A stretch of DNA of 64,000 bases, taken from NCBI GenBank assembly GCA_036867785.1, contig CP145421.1:372001-436000 (forward strand), given 5' to 3'. Positions 20,463 through 32,900 of the stretch are shown here, one piece after another. The translations under genes and the position numbers were made by a program. The notes beneath the pieces are model-generated. The model made no database searches. It worked only from the letters and a program-made list of their open reading frames with translations, and was not told the DNA's origin. Position 1 is the stretch's first letter; every line of letters begins with the position of its first letter. Source of the stretch: Plasmodiophora brassicae. Its lineage: Eukaryota.

Positions 20463-23314
20463 ATGCTGCTGTTCGTCTGCATCGTCGTCGGCACCGTTTG
20501 GGCATCGCACAACCCAGCGCATGTCGTCCTGCATAACGGCGTGATCGACACGCGTACGACGCCCCAGTTCCATGAGGAGGCGCATCCGTCTCCGGTGTTC
20601 CATGGGCAGACGATGCGGCAGCGATTGGGTAACCCTGTTGAGTCCATCTTCCTCGTCCATGTGGACCCGGCGCACAGCACGTCGTTCAGGGAGCTGTACG
20701 ACACCCATCACTACCTGCCGCACAACACCTTCGTCGTCCTCGGCACCCACGACGACGCCGTCGCCATGTCGTCGGCGAAGGGCGTGATCTGGGTGGGGAA
20801 CCTCCCGTCATCGAACAAGATCTCGTCGACAATCACGCAAGCGAGCCAGTCGTCCACCTTTCGAACCGATTCCATCAACGGGACGATACCAATGACGCTA
20901 TACGTTTCAACTGTCAGCCCAATCGCTGACCGTCTTCGCGCCACGTTAGACGGGGCCGACCTCAGGAACGTCGTCATTGACACTGTCACCGATACTCGCT
21001 TGAAGGTGTTCGTTCCCGGCGGCGTGGACCCGCTTCAGGTTGCCAACGTGCTCGCTGGGGACCCAGCCGTTCTGCACGTCGAAAAGCGGATGCAGGCGAA
21101 GGTGTACAACAAGTGGTCCCGTGGCATCATCCAGAATGGGCTGAACGCCCCAGCGAATTACAACACCAATCGTGGCCTCGTCGGATGGGACAACTCCCTC
21201 AACGGGGAGCAACAAATCATCGGTACGTGCGCGTCGCTGTCATGACCGTCACCGACTGAACGCGACGGTGCAAAGGCGTGAGCGACACTGGGATCGACAT
21301 GAACCATTGTTTCTTCTCGGACGGGGCGCACAGCCCGCCGTTCGTCGCGTTCCACAACGATGCGACGGCGGCTGACTTCCCGCCGGACAGCCTGAACAGG
21401 CGCAAAGTCGTCCAGTACGTGACGTTCGCCGACAGTTCCGACGACAACGAAGGCCATGGGACGCACGTCTCTGGGACGGCCGCCGGGTACCCGGAATCCA
21501 GCGTCAACCTCTACAGCGAGTTCGTGGGCATGGCACCGCAAGCCAAGGTTGCGTTCTTCGACATCGGGAGGGTGATATGACGCGTTCGTGTGAACGGTCA
21601 GGGTGCGATTGTTCACGGTTGTCGACAGCGCAATGGGCAGCTGGTCCTGCCCGATGACCTCACCCAGATGCTGCAATGGGCGTACGTGGCAGGTGCCAGA
21701 ATCCACAGCAACAGCTGGGGGACGACCACCTCCGAGTACACGGCCACCGCCCTGGACATGGACAGGTTCATGTACAACAACAAGGACATGTTGGTCGTTG
21801 TCGCTGCTGGGAACGACGGCAGCTGCGACTTCGACATGACGATCGGAAGCCCAGCAACGGCCAAGGTAGGCTATCGGTGTCGCCAGAGGACGCTGTCGCT
21901 AACGACCGCGCTAGAACGTCATCTCGGTTGGAGCGACGATGACGAACCTGGATAATTACGCGTCGACAGGCGTAAACCCGCCGCTGTTCGGCCAGTACCC
22001 GGATTCAATGTTCACAGAGAACAACATGGCCGTGTTTTCGTCGCTAGGCCCGACGAGTGACGCCAGGATCAAACCGGAACTGGTCGCTCCCGGGTTCAAC
22101 ACGAGTCCGTCGTTGCACTGTGAACCGTCGTCTGTGTGCCACCTGACCTTGGTACGCTTAGTGTCGGCGCTGACGGGCAACCAGGCGCCGAACATGTGCG
22201 GCAGTCCAGCATCGGGCGTCCTGACGACGAAGACGGGGACGTCGATGGCGACGCCCGCCATTGCAGGCAACCTGGCCCTGATCCGGCAGTACTTCGTCGA
22301 TGGGTTCTACCCAACGGCGCGTCGCAACGCGTCGAATTCGTTGAACCCGTCGGCGTCGCTCGTGAAGGCCGTTGCGATCGTGGGCGGGTTCACGATGACG
22401 GGCACCCGTCTGGTCACCGACCAGTTCATGGCGAACTCGCCGAACCAGTGCCCGGCCATTCACTTCGTATCCGTTGGACAAAGCCCGGGCGTCGACCAGG
22501 GATGGGGACGCCTTGTACGGCAATGGGAAGTCGTCCTCGTCATGTTCAACTGATCGTCGACGTTTGCAGGAGCTCAGCAGCGCGTTGGAGTTCAGAAGTA
22601 ACCCGCAGGGGTCCAGCCCGTTCTTCCTCTACGTTCTTGGCCTGAATCGATCCGATACGGCCGGGTTCGCCGATCCAAGTGGGTGTCATCCGGTGTCGAT
22701 GCCGTGCAGAGACTGATACGCAGAGACCAGTGATCCTCCAAGGACAAACGCACGTGTACTCGATGTGCGTTGTGCCATCCGCGCTGAGCAACGCGCCGAC
22801 CAAGATCGCGTTAGTGTGGACGGATCCGCCCGCCGCGCCTGGATCCGGGATCCAGCTCGTTAACGACTTGGACCTGGAGGTGCACGCCGGGAACGCGACG
22901 ATCCTGGGGAACGCGGGCGTGTACCAGCAGGCGGGCCCAGATCGCAGGAATCCGGTGGAGACGGTTACGATAGCGGCCCCGGCGTCCACCGCCCCGAACA
23001 TGGACCTGAAGGTGATCGTCCGCGCGAACGCCATCAACGTCGGCGTTGGCCAGTACTACAGCCTAGTCGTGACGGGGCTGGCTCATGGGCTGAACTGCCA
23101 GCAGATCGCCCAGGGTGTCACCGATGACAAAGGCAACCTAACGCCGATGGTCGAACAGAAACCTGTATCGTCAGGCGCACCCGCAAGTGGACTGCTCATG
23201 TCCACCCAGCTGTTCGCCGGGATCCTTATCGCCGTGGCCGTCGTCGGCGGCCTGCTCTTAGCCGTCGTCCTCTATCGAGTATGCCGCACCGTGCGCGGCA
23301 GCAGCCCAGCATAA
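20463..23314 (+). CDS. Membrane-anchored subtilisin-like S8 peptidase (KP-43/TagC-like), spliced
   Basis: Signal peptide; catalytic triad VSDTGID, HGTHVSG, GTSMATP; IHSNSWG, AAGNDG, IKPELVAPG, LVWTDP, LVNDLDL; C-terminal TM helix. Confidence 0.93.
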
Positions 23315-23484
23315 CCGGCCGTTCTCCAGCACCGCACACGGAACAACCAAGGCAGCAGACCGGAATGCGAACGATGCAGTGCGGAATTCAATGATAATTG
23401 TCGGATTGCGCGCGTGACGAATCGATCCGACTGGCCGGGTCGACGTGCGGATCAGCTGCACACGCCACACCTGGCGCTTCAGCG

Positions 23485-26400
23485 ATGCGTGGCGCAGTTT
23501 CCACGGCATTGTCGAACGCGGGGTTTGCCGACGACGCCAGGGGGCACAACAACATGTCGTTGTCGTACGGGCCGTCCCGTCGAGCGGATGCCGCGCGCCG
23601 CCCGACGCCGTACGCGCGGTCGTCGGGCGGCGGCGCCGGCCTGTGGAACCGGATAATATCGTCGGTCAGCGGGTTGTTCTCCGGCGGGGTTTCGGGCCTG
23701 GACACCGAGCCGGAACCGTCACCGCAGCCGGTGTCGACGCCGCCGTCGCCGCCGGCGCCGCCTTCGTTCGCACCTGCCAGTGAGGGGCTCTCCGGAAAGC
23801 GGGCGCTAGAGCCGTCCTCTGTCACGAGATGGAATGGCCAGAACATTGCCGACATGGATTACGGCGAGCTCAGACGGGCTTGCTCTGAAAACGGTAGTGT
23901 ATTTCGTTTCCATTGAAGGTGCAACTTGATAACGGTGTTATAGGTTTGAATACGGTGCATGATCGCGCGTCAATGCAAGCTGCATTAGAACGCCACGTCG
24001 CGAGCCTTCAGAACACGGATGGTCATAAGAAGCGCCGCGTAGATTCGTCGGCTGAAGTCGGCGAACCGCTTGACTCGGCGATGTTAAAGAAGGCGAAGGT
24101 CGGATTCTCACGCGTCGAATTCGACAGGTACCCGCGGTTGTATTCGCATCCGCGCACCTGTAATGACAAGCAGTCGTAGATACATGTCGCTGATGAAGGA
24201 GAACCTGGTTGACGATGCTGTTGACGATGGGTTTGGCAGCCAGACGATTCCCGTTACAGCGGATGGTGTTGAAGGGGCTGTTACGGGGCGCCGGCGTTCC
24301 TCAGTCATACCACCGTCCAAACTGCTCAGCAGACGACCTGCGAGAAGAGACAGTCTCTCTGGATCCCACGGGCCGATCCATCTGACGTTCCCTACCGTCG
24401 AGGTCACCGCATCAGACGTAAACGTAGGGTTTGTGCAATTGCGTCGTGTTGCCCAACCCCTAACACGGCATTGTCTTAGAACTTATGCCAGTCTCGTACG
24501 GCACGGTCCATCCTGTCGTCTATGTCGTCTATGTCCGCACCTCTGTTGCAACCGGGTGAGCTCGTAGGCAAACGCCGGCTTCAGAAACGCGCTCCGTTCA
24601 CGCTGCCGAAGATACCTGCCCATCCAGCGGTAAGTCTTCTCACTTCCCATAAGGTCCATTACTCATAACCACGGTAGCTCGCCACACCAGAGCCTCCAAG
24701 GCCAACCTATACCTCACCGAAACCTGCAGCTCCCGTACCTGAGACAGAGCCTGCGACCTTTGCGGTACCGTCTACGAAACCATCTGTACCGCCTACAAAG
24801 TCTCCAGTTGTCGAGCGTGCCCAGCCTGTTTCTCCACCCCGTCCGGTTCCGCTGACGGCGTCCGTTGAAACGAGACGACCACCTTCGCCTAAACAAGCTC
24901 CCCCTGCTGCACCACCAATGGCAACGTTCGCTACTCCATCTGCACCTGCTGGCGGTGAGGGCCAGGAGGAAGTATGCCCGGTTTGCGAGATGGGCCTTGA
25001 AGATGCGGACCATTCCTCATGCAAAGAAGATGCTCCTGAAGAACAGCCAGCCAAGAAGCCGGCTTCCTTTGCGTTTCCCCCGCCGGCGGCGACATCGTTT
25101 TTCCAAGCTGGATCTCTGTCAGGATCGACGTCAACGTTTACAGGTTTTAATCTGGGCGCTCCTGCTGCCGGCGAAGGGGAATCTTCGTCCAAGAAGCCAA
25201 TGTTCTCTCTGTCAGATGAGGCGCCGTCCGTGGTACTTGCACCGTCATCGCCAAACCCCAAATCCGACCGACCTAAATCTCCCGAACCGGCTCTCGGCTT
25301 TCAGTTTGGCGCGAGCTCATCCGCTCCCTTCTCATTCTCCGCCGCCCCTGCGACACCTATCGAAAGGCTTCCCTCGCCGAAACCGTCCGGTTCGGAAGCC
25401 CCCGAAAAGCAATCGTCCGAGAAGGCCGTTCCGTCGGAACCGGTCAAGTTTAGCTTCAGCAAGCCTGCTGATAAGTTTAGCTTCAGCAAGCCTGCTGATA
25501 ACCCGATGCCTCCCACGCCAACAGCGATTCCTACGACTACACCGACTGCCGCCGAAAAGGTGCCTTCGCCAAAGCCTTTGTTCGGGGCAGCCGCTGCCAC
25601 AACCAGTGGAAGTTCTGCTGCCCCGTTGGCACTCCCAAAATCGGCTCCGTCGTTTTCATTCGGGACGACCTCATCCGCTCCGCCTGCTACCAGTGCTGCT
25701 CCGTTCAAGTTCGGTGAAGCTGCTTCGAAATCATTTGCTGAACGATCCGCGGGTACGTTCGGCTTGACGCCTGCGGCCTCCACTTCTGCGTCGTTCTCCT
25801 TTGGTGGAAGCGACACTGGTCGTGCTGCTCCAACTGAAACACCAGGATTTGGCATGGCAGACGCGGGTACGAAATCCTCCTCTGAAGGCGTGCAGAAGGA
25901 GCCGTTATTCGGGACGTCGATGTTCGGTGCAGATGCCACAGGTACGACACCTGCGAAGTCATCTGATCTCAAGGAAGCGCAGCCGTCAACTTCGGCGGTC
26001 GGGTTTTCGTTCGGGTCTCCTGCGTTCGGCGAGAAAGGTGCTGCTGCCCCTGGAACTGCACCAGCTACAACGGGTCCTGTTGGCTTTGACACCTCCACCA
26101 CTGCATCAACGGGGTTCGGTGCAGGGACTTCGAGCTCGTTTGGATTCGGCGCGACACCCTCTGCAGGCTTCGGAGTGACGACGCCTGCTACTTCGACACC
26201 CGGGTTTGGATCATCAGCCACGAGCTCGACGGCTCCTGCGTTCGGCGCACCTACATCCGCTCCGGCCTCTGCGGGCGCACCAACTCCTGGGTTTGGTGGC
26301 CAGCAGACGCCGTCATTTGGTGCACCTTCGGTTGGGGCGTCGGCACCGTTCTCGTTCAGTACGGAGCCGCCCAATACGACAACGACGACGGCTCCGTTCT

Positions 26401-26765
26401 CCTTTGGATCTACCTCTCAGCAGTCAACTGGCATGACATCCGCTCCTCCCGCGTCCGGTGCGTTCGGTTTCCCACCGGCCGCTGCTCCTCCTTCTGCACA
26501 GGCCCCCTTCCAGTTCGGAGCGGCGACCGCAGGATCTGGAGCAGCGCCGCCTGCGGCCTCGTCCGGTTTCCAGTTTGGTGGCTCATCCTCGTTCACGTTT
26601 GGCGCGGGAGCATCTGGTCAGTTCGGTGCCGCCGAATCGCAACAAGCAGCACCTATTAATTTCGATGCACCGCCTCCTGCGGCGATGGGTGGGAGCTTCT
26701 CACTCGGCGCTCCCCCAGCCGGGCGACAAATTGTCAAAGCCAAGCGGAGTATCAAGAGACGTTGA
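23485..26765 (+). CDS. FG nucleoporin, Nup1/Nup153-like nuclear basket protein, spliced
   Basis: Many FG/FSFG/FxFG repeats in the terminal exon and a basic C-terminal tail GRQIVKAKRSIKRR. The upstream exons are low-complexity and the start is uncertain. Confidence 0.8.
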
Positions 26766-26944
26766 ATATTTCTAAACGAACAGTGCAATCCAATAACCGG
26801 GGCAGTACCGTGCGCTTTTGTACCTTTGTTGTCTATCCCATATGCCATGTCGTTTCTGCGTTCTGCTCTAGCTGCTGCTGGCGGCTGTCAACCGTCAGCG
26901 CAAAACGTTCCCGACGTGGCATTGCGTGGGAGCAGCTTGATGCA

Positions 26945-29900
26945 ATGGCGGATCCCACGACTGTCGACGGTGAGGAGAGGTCGATCGGGTTGGACGATTC
27001 CGACGGCGCAGAGGAAACCAGCGTCGTCGACGGCCAAACGGATCCGGCTGAGCCACCGGTTGCTGCGGCTGTGGAACCAGATGACACCTTGTCTGAACTG
27101 GTGACGATATCGTGCGCCTTGGCGGGCTGCCGGTCTGGTTCGGAAAGCATTGTTGATGTCGAATGTGAGGCTGTGAAGGCCATGCTTTCGATGACACCTC
27201 ATCTTGGTACAAACTCCACATCGCATGTGTTGCCTGTCTTCCCGTAACCGTGTCCATCAGATGGGGTGCTGGGCGCGCTTTCTGACGAACGCAATTCTCG
27301 GTTCGCTTCTATTGACGATTTCCTAAGCGAATCGCAGCGGTATCTTTTGAAGTCGTTGATGCCCTCGGCAATCCGCGTTGCGGTTAGTCGCGCTCCTTCG
27401 ACCCCAGAAGACCTAGAGGTCTTCGTCAACTTCATGGAGCGCTGCTTACGTGTGGTCATTGCGGCGTTGCCATTCGTTTGTGTTGAGCATGCCGGTCAGG
27501 CTTTCACTCGCTGACGATGGTCCGCTAGCTAATTCGAACCTATGTAGAGTGCCTCGCCCTCCTGTTCGGTGTGCAGATTGCTGACCCGTTGGCTGATTCA
27601 CCCGAAAGGGTTCGACAGCCTCCAGGACAGCAACTAAGGCAACCTGGGCAAGCTGCGCTCTATGCTGGTACTCGTGCATCTGGTGACTCGTTGGGGTTCT
27701 CGTCGCCCAAGGACATGTCAACCGAATACGCGAGGCATGACATTCCACCGAGCGTGCTGTCTCCAATACTTCTTCATATTGTTAACTTCTTCGGCTTGCA
27801 TGGCGGATTTACCGCCCTACTCTGCGTAATCAAATCCAGACATCATCGGTTGACGGTGAGCGTCGACGCACTCTGCTGCCCCAGGTGTATTCTGACAAGG
27901 ATCCGCAGATCGATGCCCTGCAGAAACTTCTGGAGACGGTGGTGACATTGCGGTCCGTATTGCACCCCAGTTTCAAACAGCTGCTTGCCCAGTCACTTTC
28001 TCGCGTCACGTTTGCCTTTTTCTTGGATCGAGATCCCGAATTCTTCAAATCAAGTAACATACAAGACGTCGCAAACGTCGTCGGGCTCGTTGAGCAGATG
28101 CTGGTTTCTGTCCAACCTCAAAGCTCCCCTGTACGATCTATCGTTGAGCCTTTCTGGCTCGACTTTCTCATTGACCTGTTTCGTTCGCCGTATCTGGACA
28201 AGAGGATATTTGTTCTCAATGAGATTGGCGCCGTTTGCATGAAGGTTTTCAGGATCATTCCTTGTCACCTCATGTTGCTTACCTTTCGTCGCAGCTAGTT
28301 GCCCGGGATGTACCACCTGTCCGACCTGAGAGTACAGTGCGAGCCGCGTACAACTATCTCAGTTCGACGGTTGCCGGACGATCGCCCAATGAAACTGCTT
28401 CACGACCCCCAACCCCGAGTCGACATTTGAGCATAATAACCTTCTCTTGGATTTCCCCTGGTTATTTGTGCCAGTGGATTCTTCAGAACAATATTCTTTC
28501 CGAGGTGTTTGCTGGTCATGATGAGGTCATCCGGCGCAGCGTCCCGCTAATCAAGTTTCTGCACTCCCAAGGCGCTCTCGAATTCTCTCACCTGCAGGAG
28601 CTATGGAGGATTGCCTGCGATTCAACGCATCACCAGTCCAAGCAGCACATTGCCTACCGCATCTTGTCAAACATCATGGATGTCCTTAACCGTGAGCAAC
28701 TGAATTGTCTTCTGGATCTGTTTAGCCATAAGGCGGTGACGTCGTACGATGTTCCGTTTCTGTCCGCCGTTGAAAGTGCGACAACTGCTCTGTGGCATTT
28801 GGACGGCCCTGAGAATGATGCTGATCCAGGAGGTCTCCAACTACTGTGGACTGCCTTATTCGATGGAGGTGATGCACACCCTAGCGTGGCGACATTTGTG
28901 TCCTGTATGGAGTATTTACTTGCGGCTAGGTAATTCTTGTTCGAATGAGACTCTTGAAGCATTCGTGCGCTTGCTGTCCAATTCTTCCGGAGAACGGTTT
29001 CGCATGCGCGTGCTGGAGGATTGTATCCGGAATCTTCAGACGGGAGACAATGTTGCCACTACGTGCACCATAATCAAACGGATTATTTGCCTGTATCCGT
29101 CATCGGCAAGCTGGCTGAACAGTGTCGTGGGCGCCTCTTCATCGCGCCGTTCTGTTATAGAACTTCTCGAGGTAAAGATTTGTGTCAGCTTCTGACGTGT
29201 TTTCCTCACACAGTAGCAGACGAACTATTCTCTCCTCGACACTGTGCTCGAAACCCTCGCCCGTTCTACAGGATCCGAGACAAGTGAGTCTGTCCGTTAA
29301 GGTTTGCAAAACGTATTGACTCAAGTATTACAGCTGACCACATACAAAGCCTTGTCGTATTCTATGTTTCCAGCTCCTTAATCACGCTGAAACGCACGCA
29401 GCTCGATCGTTTGTGGACGCATATGGTTGAGAACGCTGCGTCCTCTGAAAAGCCCGATTCGTTCTTCACTTGGCTGCGAGAGACGTGCGAGCTATCCACA
29501 CAGAACGTGGTTCCCAACACGTCTCCTGTCTTCTCTGATACGGACCTGAGGTAACTCTGCACATCAGTCCATTCGGAACCCTTACGCTGGCCCATTAGGT
29601 ACTTGCTGATGGATAAAATTCTTCATCAACTTCCGGCATCAGCGTTGAGTGAGCCTGCCTTCTCGCTCATCGAGTTCCTGTTCGTAACAGTTGGCTGTCG
29701 GATCGGGTGGCTGAAATATCGGTCGACCGGGTCGCGACAGAAATTGTATTCTGCAAATCTTGAACCTGTGCACACCGCCTTGGATTACTTGTTTGAAGTA
29801 TCCGTCTGCCACAAAGTTCCCAAGATCGCTAACCGAGCACGCGAAATCGTCGCCGAGCTTCTCGGTTCAAGGTTGTCCCCCAGCCGGATAATCTTGCATT

Positions 29901-32900
29901 CCACTGTTCTGATTTACGTTCACAGTGCAAATCAAGACGCACTCTACTCCTGGTTCGTTAAACGCTGTCTCTCAAACTGTGATGACTCGCAGCACCTGGC
30001 GCTTCTCTCGTCCATACTGCAGGCTAGATCAGAGGTAAGTTGCCATGGTGAGTACCTACACCAAACGATGACACATTCGTCATATTCTAGGTGTTATCTA
30101 CTACCTCTTTACCCAGCCCTGTTAGAAAGAAGATTCGAGTCGTCCCCGATGACGTATTCGGTGTTGGTGCATTTAGTGTAGACCTCGACTCCAGTATTTC
30201 TGTTATGGATCTGTGGTCGGCTATTCACTACAGGCTGGTACGCGAGGGTATCGGCATCGGGATTAATGGTATGCACATCGGTGACGCGCGCGGTATGGCC
30301 GCCTCTGAGACGATCTGCAGACATCATTGTAACCCTCGCTCGCAATGGCACACCCATTACGTCCTCCGGCGAACCAGTGTTCACATTGGGAATCGCAGAT
30401 AACGATATATTCGGTAGATTTGTCCGGATTCGTTGGCTTTGCTTCCCTGTAATTGCCTGATGATTATCTTAGAGGTATCACGCGCGCCGTGCGCGCTGGC
30501 ACGCTACTCCTGTCCACCTGCGGGCTCGCAGTTCTCCTCAACTATCCCTGAACCTCGTCATCTCCCTCGCTCAGAGCTTGCTGAGAGCGCCAAGCGAGTG
30601 CGCACAGCTTATATCCACAAGCAGCGTCTTCAAAACTTCGTGTCGCAGCTCTACGAGGAGCCTAGCGACAATATTGTCGACTTATCTATCTTGGACGACG
30701 ACGTATGACTCTACATTGAGCTATCCGTCGATTTCGCTCTCACGAACCTCTACAGGAATGTTATTACAAATTGTTCCAGATGGAGTCCGATGATGCATGG
30801 ACTGTTCTGTCATTGCTACCGCTTCATTCTAAGACGTTGGCACTGATCGACAATCTGGAAGGGCACTTCGAAGAGATATTCGCCCCAACAACACCGTTTC
30901 AGATGCTGTATGCCCTGAATATCTGCATTGGTACTGCATCGCTATATGGCCGCTGCGAGCGCTCTCTGTCTCACGCGCTAATCTACAGCAAAGGTCGCCC
31001 AGCCAACGTTAGACGCATCTTGGGTTTCAAGCTTCGTCGAACGTATGCTGGGTAAACTCATAGAGCTGATGCTTGATCCACTGTTTACAACGATCGACCC
31101 CGTCGTCTCGCTGGTGTTCCAACTTGTGTACGATTTGTACTCTCTGGATCCCGACTTTAAATCTTTAGGCAAGGATGCGCAATTGCACGTTTGATTGCCG
31201 GTTTATTCATCAAACAATACTGTACAGATGCTTCTGGCCGTTCACTTCGAGTTGCATCGTCCCCCGAGTTTCTTACCCATGCTGCAAATATTTGCACTGC
31301 TGCTTTAGGTTGCTTACTTTTCTTAGCCTGCGTCTGGCGATCAATTAATTGTCTCTACCATAGTCCGCTCTTTCCCACACGAAGCAATTGCAGACGAATC
31401 CCTTCAACCCATTGCTGCTGTGCATATCGTCGCTGTATCAGATCAGGTCGCTGTTGAGGCGACGCGCCTCCTTGCCGGCTGTGCAAGAACGGTTCCTGAT
31501 ATGGGCTCAATGATTCGCAGTCGCACTGGTAATGCGTTCATAAGGACATAGGTTTTACCGCTAATGGCGCCTGCTAGTTTCGCCACAATGGGTCGAATTC
31601 GTTTCTGTGCAACTTCGCAGTCGAGACGCCCGCTTACAGTGCTGCAGTGCTTTATTTGCTATCGGTTTAACGAATATCGACCTGACCATCTTGCCCATGC
31701 TGCGAGCACAACCTCTTCAGGTGACGCCAGATGGTGACATATGTGGCAGAGGTTATGACCTGTTTATGACGCGTCAGTCCTTGTATTGACGTGAGCTCGT
31801 GGAATAGGTGACCCCCCAGAGTCTCTGTTCGAGCGCAATGCCGTCGCTGGTCCATATTGTATTGACGCGTTGTTGCTTTTCGCGGCTGAACCGTCGGTGG
31901 ATCCGACATCACTTGAAAAGACTTGGGACTTCTTGGAGTCGCGAATCGTGCGGTACGATCCTGACATCGATATGGAAGATTGGCGATGGTGCTGCGCATA
32001 TCATTGATGTTACAATCGAGCCTGTACTAATGTGTTGCCGCCAGTGATGATGATCTTGCTGTTATTCGGTGCCTTCGTCGCATCGTTTCTGCCCAAAAGC
32101 TGCCGTTCTTGGACGACAATTCTTGGACCTCACATGTGCTTCGCCTCATTAAGTCACGCGTGCTCGCACTGCCCCGTCGTGCACGGCGTCTGAAAGTTTG
32201 TACAATGAATGCGTTTGCGTCAAACCTTGTTGTCTGACTGCACTACAGGAATCTGACCTCGGCCGCCGCGACATTCGGATTGGTGTGATGAGCTTGGTCT
32301 TAGATATTGTTGCTTTGCAGGCTCCACGGACGGTAGGATGACAAAGTCCACCTCATGCGGTGTAGTGACGAACTATCGTAGGCGTTCGATGTTGTCCATC
32401 TGCTAGCACATCTTCCGGAATGGGGATTTCATGGCGGCACTCCGCTGGCGTCATATCACCCTTCTCAGTGGGAGCGCGCTCCGACAACGCCAGTTGGACT
32501 CAAGGTTGCCCGTCGTGTAGGATTGTTCGCCACGTTCTCACTTTCATGGACACATTTAGAACCAAGGTGCAACATGCTACATGAATTCGTTCTTGCAATT
32601 ACTATTTTCAACCGCTTCGTTCCGAGAAGGTATTCTCTCTGAACCGATTGCGGACCCTCCTGTGGTATGTAGGCGAACTGGACGATAGACACATGGACTA
32701 ACGGCTTTCAATAGAGCCACCCGGATCAGCTGCTTGCCGAACTCAAAGTGGTATTCGGCCAGCTTCTCGCATCTCACCGGAAGTGGCATGATCCAGTGTC
32801 ACTGTGCCAAGCTTTGCGAGACGACATGGGCGAGTTTCTGAACAATTGGAACGAGCAGAAAGATGTCCATGAGTTTGCCAATAGCATTATGGACCAGCTG

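Noticed and set aside
25446-25500. 27-bp exact duplication (KFSFSKPAD x2) in the nucleoporin
   Set aside because: Routine FG-repeat unit duplication.
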